Of a stretch of DNA of 51,574 nucleotides, positions 34,352 to 43,293 are shown piece after piece. The DNA is from an uncultured Planctomycetales bacterium (lineage in GTDB: Bacteria; Omnitrophota; Gorgyraeia; Gygaellales; Profunditerraquicolaceae), in contig CAYIFW010000002.1 in NCBI GenBank assembly GCA_964362795.1, positions 1 to 51,574 of the forward strand, written 5' to 3'. A model generated the notes under the pieces. That model saw only the letters and a program-made list of their open reading frames with translations. It did not search any database and had not been told where the DNA came from. Positions within the stretch are counted from its first letter, which is position 1; each line of letters starts with the position of its first letter. Position numbers and translations under genes: made by a program.

Positions 34352-35042
34352 AGTATTTAGAATCACGTTTTTAATTTCTGTCCTTACTCATGGACTGGTC
34401 CTTTTACAGGCTACAAACCTCAATCCTTTTCTTCCTGCGCCGAAAAAGCAAGATATCGAAGTACGTTATATTAAAAAAAATCCCGATACTAAGTCTCCGC
34501 TTGAGGTTTCTTCCCGACCAGGCCAGCAAAGATCTCTTTCTAAGCCTAGCCCTTTTTTAAATCTGGACTCTAAAATTATTACCGGCAACCGGGTTCCTCC
34601 GCCGTATATTGAGCAGAGCAATGCTTATAAGCCGCAAGGCGTGCTGCCGAATAAACCATCAGGAATACCTAAGCCGACCTTTGCCAGCCCGGATCTAGTC
34701 GCGATAAAAAGAAAGATTGCTCTACCTCCGATACAGATGGCCAAGATCGATAATCCCAGCTACATAACTTACTATCAGATCGTCAGGGAGAAGATCCGCC
34801 GCAGTGCCTATCAAAATTACACTCAGAATGAGATCGGAGAGGTGTATATTTCTTTTATTATCTCTTACGATGGCTATATCAAAGATGTACGTTTAATTGA
34901 AGACAAAACAAACGCCAATGATTATCTAAAAAGCATTGCCTTAAAAAGCGTTAAATTTGCCTCGCCATTTCCCAATTTCCCCAAAGAGCTGGATTATCCC
35001 CAGCTATCTTTTAATATCATAATTTCTTTTGAAATAGAATAA
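34338..35042 (+). CDS. TonB-family energy transducer-like protein
   Basis: 234 aa with an N-terminal TM segment (ITFLISVLTHGLVLL), a Pro-rich linker and a C-terminal TonB_C-like fold (GEVYISFIISYDGYIKDVRLIE...ASPFPNFP). Confidence 0.75.
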   Translation: MFFDKVFRITFLISVLTHGLVLLQATNLNPFLPAPKKQDIEVRYIKKNPDTKSPLEVSSRPGQQRSLSKPSPFLNLDSKIITGNRVPPPYIEQSNAYKPQGVLPNKPSGIPKPTFASPDLVAIKRKIALPPIQMAKIDNPSYITYYQIVREKIRRSAYQNYTQNEIGEVYISFIISYDGYIKDVRLIEDKTNANDYLKSIALKSVKFASPFPNFPKELDYPQLSFNIIISFEIE

Positions 35043-35208
35043 AATCAAAAATCAAAATTATTATTGATTTAACAAGATTAACATTATAAAATGGAAAGAA
35101 TAATTGAGAAGGTTCTTATGATGTCGGCCTATAGTTTTATGAGTTGGCGTTTTCTGCGCCGCCCCATAATTCTACAGTAACCTTTTAAGGCCAAATAAAT
35201 ACTAACTT

Positions 35209-36240
35209 ATGTCCGAACCAACATTCACAAATAGTTTTACACAGCGCATCGAAACCTTAAACAAAAAAGAAATACTGCCGAAGTATTTTAAGGCCCCTAT
35301 TTTTGGGCTTTGGGAATTAACCAATAAATGCAACCTTTCCTGTGTACATTGTTATTACAACGCTAATTCCAAGCCCTCCTCAGCGGAATTTAGCACTTCT
35401 GAAGCCCTTGAGATTGCCCGTCAGTTGGGAGAGTTGGGGGTATTCGAGGTTTACCTTACCGGTGGTGAAGCATTGCTGCGCGAGGACTGGGCGAAGATCG
35501 TCAGCAAGTTAAGGGAATACAATATACAGGTCGGTATTATTACCAATGGCACCTTGGTAGATGAGGCAGCGGCAGAAGAGATTGCGCGGCTTAAGGTAAA
35601 GTGGGTGCAGATTAGCATTGACGGCTCAACAGCTGAAATTCATGAAAAAGCGAGAGGCTTGGCAGGGAGTTGGGAAAAATCCGTCGCTGCGGTAAAACTC
35701 CTTAAAAATAAGGGCGTGCGCGTGCATGTTTCCTTTGTGCCTTCCAGCGTAAATTATTTTGATGTAGGTAATGTAATTAGGCTGTGCGCGGAAATGGGCC
35801 TGGAATATTTTGTCACGGATATGCTGGTCTTGACCGGCCGGGCTGCCTTGAATTCTGCTTCGATTGCCCTCAGTGATAAACAGTATACCGAATTTTTTAA
35901 ATCACTGGATGAGTCGGCCAAGAAATATTCTGATAAAATGAGAATCATCGCTCCCTCTCCGGAAAAACAGGTCTTAAAGACTTACCTTAGCGTGCGTTCG
36001 GCGGCGCCCAATATCTGGTGCATCATTACCCCCGAAGCAACCTTGAGGCTCGATCTCCTGCTGCCTTTCACCTACGGTAATTTACGTAAGCAGCCGATAA
36101 AGCAAATTTGGGGAGAATACTTGAAGGAAGGCTGGAGGAGGCCGGAAGTAGTTTCCTTTATAAAGAAATATGAACAGCTGAAGGATTTGATTGCAGAGAG
36201 GACTATTCCATATGTCACGGAAGATATCCATTATGAGTAA
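35209..36240 (+). CDS. Radical SAM protein, PqqE/MftC-like architecture but lacking auxiliary-cluster cysteines
   Basis: 343 aa with CNLSCVHC (CX3CX2C), GGEALL and IDG. The C-terminal region IWCIITPEATLRLDLLLPFTYGNLRKQPIKQIW resembles the start of a SPASM/twitch domain. The whole protein has only 5 Cys, 3 of them in the SAM cluster. No obvious SD precedes the start. Confidence 0.85.
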   Translation: MSEPTFTNSFTQRIETLNKKEILPKYFKAPIFGLWELTNKCNLSCVHCYYNANSKPSSAEFSTSEALEIARQLGELGVFEVYLTGGEALLREDWAKIVSKLREYNIQVGIITNGTLVDEAAAEEIARLKVKWVQISIDGSTAEIHEKARGLAGSWEKSVAAVKLLKNKGVRVHVSFVPSSVNYFDVGNVIRLCAEMGLEYFVTDMLVLTGRAALNSASIALSDKQYTEFFKSLDESAKKYSDKMRIIAPSPEKQVLKTYLSVRSAAPNIWCIITPEATLRLDLLLPFTYGNLRKQPIKQIWGEYLKEGWRRPEVVSFIKKYEQLKDLIAERTIPYVTEDIHYE

Positions 36241-36505
36241 ACCCAGGATAGCTCCTAATTTACGCTGGAGAGTGGATGGTGAAAACGACCAGATTGTAAT
36301 CGTACATAAGGATGATTTTGCGCTGCCCCGAATATTAAATCCGGTTGCCGCTAAGATTTTCCACCTTTGTGATGGCAATAATACCATTGAGGCAATCGCG
36401 GAGAAAGTAGCAGGGGAATTTGAGATTGCGGATTTCTCAATTCTTTTATCTGAAGTCAGCGAATGCGCGCGTTTATTTGTTGAAAAAGGGATATTGGAAG
36501 AATAA
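36233..36505 (+). CDS. PqqD-family peptide chaperone (RRE domain)
   Basis: Start taken at ATG 36233, overlapping the radical SAM stop (ATGAGTAA). The 90 aa read ...LPRILNPVAAKIFHLCDGNNTIEAIAEKVAGEFEI...VSECARLFVEKGILEE, the classic PqqD pattern. Confidence 0.85.
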   Translation: MSKPRIAPNLRWRVDGENDQIVIVHKDDFALPRILNPVAAKIFHLCDGNNTIEAIAEKVAGEFEIADFSILLSEVSECARLFVEKGILEE

Positions 36506-36527
36506 AACTAAGAGGGAGGTGTTGAGA

Positions 36528-36668
36528 TGAGTGAGATTAGATCGACCATGATACCTGAGAGCCGGAAGATCAAAAAGGGGAAAGGTTTAAAAAAATATGT
36601 TTCACCCGAATCGGTTTCAATGGAGGCGTTTGCATTAAAGACTGCTGTTGGTGTTTCGCCCGCGTTGA
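36528..36668 (+). CDS. Unannotated 46-aa peptide ORF (MSEIRSTMIPESRKIKKGKGLKKYVSPESVSMEAFALKTAVGVSPR)
   Basis: Absent from the ORF track. A strong SD GGGAGG lies 7 nt upstream of the ATG. The ORF sits 22 nt after the PqqD stop and 46 nt before the prenyltransferase start. No family recognised. Confidence 0.45.
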
Positions 36669-36714
36669 AAAAAGAAGATAATTACATTGTTTCAACCTTA
36701 TTTTAACTTAATCA

Positions 36715-37665
36715 ATGCCGGTTAAGATTCGGCGGCTTATTTCTCAGTCGCCTACAAAAACGGTTTATGCCTGGCTTAAGGTTTTAGGCCCGCCATTTAT
36801 CTTGTTGACCGTGGTTTTAACTCTGTTGGGTACGGCGATAGCCTATAACCAGGGGTGTTTTAACCTCGGTTTATTTTTGGCGGTTTTAACTGGTTCGGCT
36901 TGTATACATTTCGGCGCTAGCTGCCTGAATGACTATTTTGACTTTTTGGGTGGAACCGATAATATCAATGAAACCGTTACGCCATACAGCGGCGGCTCAC
37001 GCGTCATACAGGAGAACCTGATCGAGCCGCAAACTTTGCTCAAGGCGGGTATCGGGCTATTGAGCACGGGCGCGCTCATCGGCCTGGTTTTAACCGTTCT
37101 TTGCGGCTGGCCAGTATTGGTTTTGGGTATAATCGGGATATTTTTGGCTGTCGGCTATGTCGAGCCGCGGGTTAATCTTTCCGCCAGGGGTTTAGGCGAA
37201 TTAGCTGTGGTTTTAGGTTTTGGCCCGCTTTTGGTAAGCGGCGCGTATTATGCGCAGGTCCGACATTTTGACAAGGTTTCTTTATTTGCCGGTGTGATTA
37301 CGGGTATCCTTGCCGGTTTGGTCCTGTGGATAAACGAAATTCCGGATTTTGAAGCAGACGATAAGACCGGTAAAAAAAATCTGGTAGTGCGTTTGGGTAA
37401 AAAAAGCTCCTCGCTAATCTTTATCTGGCTGCAACCGGCCGCTTTTGCGCTTACTTTGATAGGCCTGGCAATAAAAATCTTTCCCTTATCATGCGTTTTG
37501 GTTTTTTTGAGCGCTCCACTTAGCTTTCGAGGGGCAAAGACAGCGCATAAAAACTATATGGATGTTCAGAAACTGCTTCCCGCTAATGCTTCAGCAATCG
37601 CGCTGGTCATTGTTTTTTCTTTGCTTATGTCTTGTGGTTTTATTTTAGATAAGGTTTTTAGGTAG
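36715..37665 (+). CDS. UbiA-superfamily aromatic prenyltransferase, MenA-like
   Basis: 316 aa with 8-9 TM segments, first Asp-rich motif NDYFDFLGGTD and second motif NEIPDFEADDKTGKKNLVVRLG, as in 1,4-dihydroxy-2-naphthoate polyprenyltransferases. Confidence 0.85.
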   Translation: MPVKIRRLISQSPTKTVYAWLKVLGPPFILLTVVLTLLGTAIAYNQGCFNLGLFLAVLTGSACIHFGASCLNDYFDFLGGTDNINETVTPYSGGSRVIQENLIEPQTLLKAGIGLLSTGALIGLVLTVLCGWPVLVLGIIGIFLAVGYVEPRVNLSARGLGELAVVLGFGPLLVSGAYYAQVRHFDKVSLFAGVITGILAGLVLWINEIPDFEADDKTGKKNLVVRLGKKSSSLIFIWLQPAAFALTLIGLAIKIFPLSCVLVFLSAPLSFRGAKTAHKNYMDVQKLLPANASAIALVIVFSLLMSCGFILDKVFR

Positions 37666-37757
37666 AGTGCGTTTTAGATTCAGTCATTTTGGTATCATCC
37701 TATAAATTATATCTTTCTGTTGTAACCTTTAATTCCCACCATTGCCTGCCGTTATTA

Positions 37758-37786
37758 TTGACACTTTTTTAAAAAAATGGTATATT
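37758..37786 (+). promoter_or_regulatory. Candidate sigma-70 promoter with extended -10 (TTGACA - 17 nt - TATATT, with a TG dinucleotide 1 nt upstream of the -10)
   Basis: TTGACA at 37758-37763 and TGGTATATT at 37778-37786, about 40 nt upstream of rpsU. Confidence 0.55.
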
Positions 37787-37824
37787 AATTATCTTAAAAT
37801 CCAATAGGAAAGGAGATGATTATA

Positions 37825-37986
37825 TTGACTCAAGTTGAAGTAAAAAGAGATGAATCTTTTGAATCTGCTTTGCGCCGTTTTAAGAAAAAGATCGAGCAGG
37901 AAGGAATTTTGCGGGAAGTCCGCGACCGTAAACATTACGAGAAACCCAGCGAACGCAAGAGAAAAAAAGCTAAAGCTAGAAAATAA
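37825..37986 (+). CDS. rpsU: 30S ribosomal protein S21
   Basis: Absent from the ORF track. A TTG start (SD AGGAG 9 nt upstream) gives (M)[52 protein letters not shown], a typical S21. An in-frame ATG at 37816 is too close to the SD. Confidence 0.9.
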   Translation: MTQVEVKRDESFESALRRFKKKIEQEGILREVRDRKHYEKPSERKRKKAKARK

Positions 37987-37988
37987 GT

Positions 37989-38813
37989 ATGGCGGCTCAA
38001 GTTAATCTTCGTAAGAGCGTTGTATCCGGACAATTTTATCCATCAAATGCCGAAGGACTTATTACTTTGATTGCTTCTTTTGCTGATAAGCGAGCGCAAA
38101 AGATCGATTGTCTGGGCGCTGTTCTTCCGCATGCCGGGTATATCTATTCCGGGAGAGTTGCCACGCAGACAGTTTCCGGAATTAAGATTAAGGAAAATGT
38201 CGTTCTTTTGGGGCCGAATCACACCGGCCAAGGCGCTGTTTTTAGCCTAATGACACAAGGCTCCTGGCAAACTCCTTTAGGAGAGGTAGAAATTAATTCT
38301 AAACTGGCAGGTTTATTTCTAAAAAAATGCCGGTATCTGGAAAATGATGTGCTGGCACATTTGGATGAGCACTCTTTGGAAGTAGAACTGCCCATATTAC
38401 AGTACTTTAGCCAAGATTTTAAAATTGTTCCGATTGCCATGATGACTGATGATTTGTCTAGGCTTAGTGAGGTGGCGCAAAGTTTGGCCGAAGTAATTAT
38501 TGAGAATAATCTTAAAAGTTCAACGCTGTTGATTGCTTCAAGCGATATGACTCATTATGAGTCGCAGAAAAGCGCGCAAAGAAAAGATGCTTTAGCGATT
38601 GAGGCGATAGTTGCTTTGGATGAATATAAGTTAGAAGCACAAATTAAGAAGTTAGGCCTTTCGATGTGTGGTTTTGCTCCGGTGGCGGTTTTAATCAAAA
38701 CAGCCAAGCTTCTCGGGGCTCAGGGTGCTAAATTAATTAAATATCAAACTAGCGGTGAAGCTACGGGTGACTCCAGTAGTGTCGTAGGCTATGCCGGAAT
38801 TACAATTTATTAA
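37989..38813 (+). CDS. MEMO1-family protein (AmmeMemoRadiSam system protein B)
   Basis: 274 aa with SGQFYPSN, LPHAGYIYSG, GPNHTG and SSDMTHYE motifs. Confidence 0.88.
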   Translation: MAAQVNLRKSVVSGQFYPSNAEGLITLIASFADKRAQKIDCLGAVLPHAGYIYSGRVATQTVSGIKIKENVVLLGPNHTGQGAVFSLMTQGSWQTPLGEVEINSKLAGLFLKKCRYLENDVLAHLDEHSLEVELPILQYFSQDFKIVPIAMMTDDLSRLSEVAQSLAEVIIENNLKSSTLLIASSDMTHYESQKSAQRKDALAIEAIVALDEYKLEAQIKKLGLSMCGFAPVAVLIKTAKLLGAQGAKLIKYQTSGEATGDSSSVVGYAGITIY

Positions 38814-38816
38814 ATT

Positions 38817-39164
38817 ATGGATGAGATTAAAAAGAAAATTGATGATACTTGGAAAGAGAATGTAGAGAAAGAAAAGCAACAGGAGCCTGTGAAAGATGAA
38901 TTTGTTCCTCCGGTAGCAGATTTTAAATTTTTTATCACCACTTTAACTTTGCAAGCCTCTATTGCCTTGGGGCATATGGCCAATCCGTCGACCGGTAAAA
39001 CCGAAAAGGACCCTGTCCAGGCAAAATTTCTTATTGATACATTAGCTATGTTGCAGGAGAAGACCAAGGGAAATCTTACTCCAGAGGAAGCAGATTTATT
39101 AGAAAACTTGCTTTATGAATTAAGGGTTGCTTATTTGGCAAAAGACCAGGAGAAATCAAAATGA
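38817..39164 (+). CDS. DUF1844-family protein
   Basis: 115 aa with FFITTLTLQASIALG...NP.TGK...D..QAKFLIDTLAMLQEKTKGNL..EE, as I remember for DUF1844. Confidence 0.72.
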   Translation: MDEIKKKIDDTWKENVEKEKQQEPVKDEFVPPVADFKFFITTLTLQASIALGHMANPSTGKTEKDPVQAKFLIDTLAMLQEKTKGNLTPEEADLLENLLYELRVAYLAKDQEKSK

Positions 39165-39313
39165 TTGATAAAGAGCTGCTGGATATATTGGCTTGCCCTG
39201 CTTGCAAGGCCGATGTGGAGTTAATAGAAAATAAAATTGTTTGTAAGAAATGCGGTAAAAAATACCCGGTGCGCCAGGGAATTCCGGTAATGTTAATTGA
39301 CGAGGCAGAATAA
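39161..39313 (+). CDS. Trm112/YcaR (UPF0434)-family zinc-ribbon protein
   Basis: Absent from the ORF track. 50 aa: [21 protein letters not shown]...[28 protein letters not shown] overlap with the upstream gene. Confidence 0.82.
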   Translation: MIDKELLDILACPACKADVELIENKIVCKKCGKKYPVRQGIPVMLIDEAE

Positions 39314-39753
39314 TGAAAGTATTAGTTATTCACGGCCCTAATTTGAATCTTTTGGGGACAAGGGAGCCGGCAGTTTATGGGAGCGTAACTTTAGCCAAGA
39401 TTAACCAGATGCTTAAGATCCAGGCTAAGAAAGCTAAGATTTCTCTGGTGATTAAACAATCCAACCATGAAGGCGCGATTGTAGATTTGATCGGTAAAGC
39501 GAAGATTAATAAATTTCAAGGTATTTTAATTAACCCTGCCGCTTATACGCATACCAGCGTAGCCGTACGCGATGCTGTAGCCGCCTGCGGATTAAACGTT
39601 GTCGAAGTACATCTTTCTAATATTTATTCCCGCGAGGAGTTTAGGCATAAATCACTGATTAGCCCGGTAGCCAGCGGCACAATCTTAGGGTTTGGCGCCA
39701 AAAGCTACGCGTTAGGTTTAGATGCCCTGCTGGATTTAATCAATAAAAAATGA
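39313..39753 (+). CDS. aroQ: Type II 3-dehydroquinate dehydratase
   Basis: 146 aa with [34 protein letters not shown] and VEVHLSNI. Confidence 0.95.
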   Translation: MKVLVIHGPNLNLLGTREPAVYGSVTLAKINQMLKIQAKKAKISLVIKQSNHEGAIVDLIGKAKINKFQGILINPAAYTHTSVAVRDAVAACGLNVVEVHLSNIYSREEFRHKSLISPVASGTILGFGAKSYALGLDALLDLINKK

Positions 39754-40811
39754 ATTATCGTTTAAAAAGCATATATTCTGTGTTAAAGCAGAGAAGGCTG
39801 GATGCTTTACTGGTAACTTGGCCGGCGAATATCTCATATTTGACGCAAGCGCTAAGCCGCGATTCCTATCTTTTAGTTTCTCCGCCAGAGAATATTTATT
39901 TTACTGATTCCCGTTATACTGAAGAAGCCAGGATTTTTCTTAAGGGTAACGCGCAGCTTAAAGAGTGTAATGGCTCGGCATTTGGGCAGATTGCTAAATC
40001 AATCCTTGGTTTAAAGTTAAAAAAAGTAGGTTTTGAGGAGAGGTATCTGCCGTTTGCGGAATTAAGCAAGGTTAAGGAATACGCGCCAGGAAAATTTGAT
40101 TTAATTCCTACCCATAGTCTAGTTGAAGACAAAAGAGCTATTAAAGACTCTCAGGAGATTGACAAACTACGCCAAGCCGCCGACATTACTGCTTTGGCCC
40201 TAGAGCATATTCAGCAGTATTTGGTTCCGGGGGTAAAGGAACTAGAAATTGTCGGAGAGCTTGAGCGCTTTATCAGGTATCAGGGTGCCAGAGCTGCCGC
40301 ATTTGATATAATCGTGGCCAGTGGCCCGAATTCCAGCCAACCGCACCATTCTTCCGGAGAAAGAAAGCTTAAAGACAATGAACCCGTGCTTATCGATCTG
40401 GGAGTTGATTACCAGGGGTATAAATCTGACTTGACAAGGGTTTTCTTTTTGGGTAAAATAAATATTCTTGCGCGTAAGGTCTATGCTATTGTTCTCGGCG
40501 CTCAGGAAGCGGCGATTAAAAGAATCCGTCCTGGCGCAGAAATGGCTGAAATTGATAGGGTTGCGCGAGCTTATATCGCTAAAAAAGGTTACGGAAAATA
40601 TTTTACCCATAATCTCGGACACGGATTTGGTTTAGAGGTACATGAAGATCCCAGAATCTCCGGTAATGAAGCCAGCGCGGTTAAACCCGGGATGACTTTT
40701 ACGGTAGAACCGGGAGTATATTTGCCCGGTAAATTCGGAATAAGAATTGAGGATATGGTCTTAATCACCAGGAAAGGGTGCGAGGTGTTAAGTGGCTCTG
40801 TCAATAAATGA
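39750..40811 (+). CDS. pepP: Xaa-Pro aminopeptidase (M24B)
   Basis: 353 aa with a creatinase-like N-domain, and metal ligands in [28 protein letters not shown] and EPG..IRIED. Confidence 0.9.
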   Translation: MNYRLKSIYSVLKQRRLDALLVTWPANISYLTQALSRDSYLLVSPPENIYFTDSRYTEEARIFLKGNAQLKECNGSAFGQIAKSILGLKLKKVGFEERYLPFAELSKVKEYAPGKFDLIPTHSLVEDKRAIKDSQEIDKLRQAADITALALEHIQQYLVPGVKELEIVGELERFIRYQGARAAAFDIIVASGPNSSQPHHSSGERKLKDNEPVLIDLGVDYQGYKSDLTRVFFLGKINILARKVYAIVLGAQEAAIKRIRPGAEMAEIDRVARAYIAKKGYGKYFTHNLGHGFGLEVHEDPRISGNEASAVKPGMTFTVEPGVYLPGKFGIRIEDMVLITRKGCEVLSGSVNK

Positions 40812-41358
40812 GATCAAATCAGGGGTAACGATTTTAGTCGAAGGCAATGTCTATGTTTGTCTTGACGCTCAACATGTCAAACCCGGTAAGGGCGCGGCTT
40901 TTGTGCGGGCGCGCCTGCGTAACATGAAAAATAATAATATTCATGAGAAAACTTTTCGCGGAGACGATAAGATTGAACAGGCATTTATCGAGGAACGTAA
41001 ATTACAATACCAGTATTCCAGCGGCGGGATGTTTCATTTTATGGATACCGAGAATTTTGAAGAGATTGCCATAACCCAGGAGAGTGTCGGTGATAGTGCT
41101 AAACTTCTAAAGGACAACCTGGAAATTCAGGGCTATTTTTATGAGGGGGAGACCTTATCCATAACTTTACCTAATTTTATTGAGTTCAATATTATAGAGA
41201 CTGAGCCGGGTATAAAAGGTGATTCATCCAAAAGCGGGAATAAACCTGCTACAGTGGATACCGGAGCGATTATTCAGGTCCCTTTATTTATTAATTTGGG
41301 TGATAAGATTAAAGTAGATACGCGTACCGGTGGCACTTATGTTGAGAGGATTAATTAA
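40792..41358 (+). CDS. efp: Elongation factor P
   Basis: 188 aa with GTG start, and the KPGKGAAFVRARLRN loop carrying the modified Lys. Confidence 0.95.
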   Translation: MALSINEIKSGVTILVEGNVYVCLDAQHVKPGKGAAFVRARLRNMKNNNIHEKTFRGDDKIEQAFIEERKLQYQYSSGGMFHFMDTENFEEIAITQESVGDSAKLLKDNLEIQGYFYEGETLSITLPNFIEFNIIETEPGIKGDSSKSGNKPATVDTGAIIQVPLFINLGDKIKVDTRTGGTYVERIN

Positions 41359-41814
41359 ATGAATATTAAAGAAATCAAAGAGATGATTAATTTGATGAAT
41401 GAAAACGGTTTGGCAGAGCTTGAGGTTGAGAAGGATGATATGCGTATCCGGCTTAAGAAAACAGCCAGTGGTTTTGAAAGTTTCGAGGGGCCGCTGGTTT
41501 TGCAAGGCCAGGGCGCAGTTAATCAGCCTAAGCCCGTAAGTGCGCAGGAGCCTGTAGAGAAGAGCGAAATTAAAACCGTTGAAATTAAATCTCCGATGGT
41601 AGGGACTTTTTACCGTTCACCGAATCCGGAGGCTCCCGCTTACGCGGAGGTCGGCCAAATTATTGAGCCGGGTCAGGTGATTTGTATTATTGAAGCGATG
41701 AAGTTGATGAATGAGATAAAATCGGAGATTAAGGGTAAAATCCTGGAAGTATTGGTAGATAACGCTGAGCCGGTAGAATTTGGCCAGCCTTTGTTTCTTA
41801 TCGAGCCGCTTTAG
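41359..41814 (+). CDS. accB: Biotin carboxyl carrier protein of acetyl-CoA carboxylase
   Basis: 151 aa with the biotinylation motif IIEAMKLMNEI. Confidence 0.94.
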   Translation: MNIKEIKEMINLMNENGLAELEVEKDDMRIRLKKTASGFESFEGPLVLQGQGAVNQPKPVSAQEPVEKSEIKTVEIKSPMVGTFYRSPNPEAPAYAEVGQIIEPGQVICIIEAMKLMNEIKSEIKGKILEVLVDNAEPVEFGQPLFLIEPL

Positions 41815-41837
41815 AAGTGTACTCCTCGCTTAACCAT

Positions 41838-41863
41838 GAGAAAATTTCTTTAGAAATTTTCTC
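41838..41863 (+). repeat. 11-bp perfect hairpin inside the accB-accC spacer
   Basis: GAGAAAATTTC - TTTA - GAAATTTTCTC. Part of a 117-nt spacer with further competing pairings (see findings). Confidence 0.8.
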
Positions 41864-41931
41864 CTAAGCCGGGATTAACTCGCGCGTTAACTTACTAACA
41901 TTAACGTGTTCGTAAGTTAAGCGCTCATAAA

Positions 41932-43293
41932 ATGTTTTCTAAGATTCTCATTGCTAATCGAGGCGAGATCGCCTTAAGAATAATTCGTGCCTGTCATGAG
42001 ATGGGCATCCGCACTGTGGCTGTCTACTCTCAGGCGGATCGCAATAGTTTGCATGTACGTTTTGCCGATGAAGCAATCTGTATCGGCCAGGCATCCTCCA
42101 GTAACAGTTATTTAAATATTCCCGCGATTATTAGTGCTGCTGAAATTACCGATGTCGAAGCTATTCATCCGGGGTATGGATTTTTAGCTGAGAATGCTCA
42201 CTTTGCCGAAATATGCCAATCTTGTAAGATTACCTTTATCGGCCCGACTCCTGAAAATATGCGCCTGATGGGAGACAAAATGGCGGCGCGTAACACAATG
42301 CAGAAGGCAGGCCTGCCGATTGTTCCCGGAAGCCGCGCAATTATAAAAAATAAAGAAGAGGCGCTTAAGACGGCTAAGTCAATTGGTTACCCCATAATTA
42401 TCAAAGCGGCTGCCGGCGGCGGCGGCAAGGGGATGCGCATTTGCCATAATGATTTAACTTTAGTCTCCAGTTTATTAACCGCTCAAACCGAAGCCGAAGC
42501 TAATTTCGGAAATTCCAGCGTTTACATTGAAAAATATATTGAAAGGCCGCGCCATATTGAAGTTCAGATTATTGCCGATTCTTCCGGGCATATTATTCAG
42601 CTTGGTGAAAGAGACTGCAGTATTCAGCGAAGGCATCAGAAATTGCTGGAAGAGTCTCCGTCTCCTGCGGTAGACAGCAAGATGCGCCGCAGGCTGGGAG
42701 AATTAGTTTTAAAAGGAATGAAATCTATAGGTTATGTTTCCTGCGGAACGATTGAGTTCTTACTGGATGAGAAAACCGGCAATTTTTATTTCATGGAGAT
42801 GAATACTCGCATTCAGGTGGAGCATCCGGTTACCGAAATGGTCAGCGGTATCGACCTGATCAAGGAACAGATCCGCGTAGCCGCCGGAGAGAAACTTAAA
42901 TTTACCCAGGATAGTATCCAGCTTAGGGGAGCCTCAATTGAATGCCGGATCAATGCCGAGGATCCGGATAATAATTTTATGCCTTGCCCCGGAAAGATTG
43001 AAACTTTAATCCTTCCCGGTGGCCCGAATGTGCGCGTGGATACGCATATTTACGCCGGTTATGAAATCTCTCCTTATTATGATTCTTTGGTGGCCAAGAT
43101 CATTGTTCATGGCGCTAACCGCCAGGAAGCAATCAAAACTATGCGCCGGGCTTTAGCTGAATTTTATATTGCCCCGATTAAAACCACGGCGCCGTTTCAT
43201 CTTAAGTTAATGGACAATCCTTTATTTAGAAAGGGTGATATTTCGACGCATTTTGTGCAGGATCTTTTGGCTAATGAAGGGAAGGCGGGATAG
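41932..43293 (+). CDS. accC: Biotin carboxylase
   Basis: 453 aa starting [17 protein letters not shown], with an ATP-grasp core ([22 protein letters not shown]). Confidence 0.96.
   Translation: MFSKILIANRGEIALRIIRACHEMGIRTVAVYSQADRNSLHVRFADEAICIGQASSSNSYLNIPAIISAAEITDVEAIHPGYGFLAENAHFAEICQSCKITFIGPTPENMRLMGDKMAARNTMQKAGLPIVPGSRAIIKNKEEALKTAKSIGYPIIIKAAAGGGGKGMRICHNDLTLVSSLLTAQTEAEANFGNSSVYIEKYIERPRHIEVQIIADSSGHIIQLGERDCSIQRRHQKLLEESPSPAVDSKMRRRLGELVLKGMKSIGYVSCGTIEFLLDEKTGNFYFMEMNTRIQVEHPVTEMVSGIDLIKEQIRVAAGEKLKFTQDSIQLRGASIECRINAEDPDNNFMPCPGKIETLILPGGPNVRVDTHIYAGYEISPYYDSLVAKIIVHGANRQEAIKTMRRALAEFYIAPIKTTAPFHLKLMDNPLFRKGDISTHFVQDLLANEGKAG

Noticed and set aside
35118-35180. 20-codon mini-ORF MMSAYSFMSWRFLRRPIILQ upstream of the PqqE-like radical SAM gene, as a PqqA-style precursor.
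   Set aside because: Not promoted to a feature. A 21-codon open frame is expected by chance in AT-rich DNA, and the SD is weak (GAAGG). I cannot test conservation. It is kept only as a secondary candidate within the cassette finding.
36715-37665. Reading the MenA-like gene as evidence of a classical or futalosine menaquinone operon.
   Set aside because: No menB/C/D/E/F/H or mqnA-D-type genes are in the window. The adjacent radical SAM protein is paired with a PqqD chaperone, which MqnC and MqnE are not.
35209-38813. The idea that radical SAM 35209 is the missing radical SAM partner of the Memo-like AmmeMemoRadiSam protein B.
   Set aside because: The AmmeMemoRadiSam radical SAM enzyme is a PflA-like activase without a PqqD partner. 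Here the two genes are separated by a prenyltransferase, a 159-nt gap with a strong promoter, and rpsU. No AMMECR1 gene is present.
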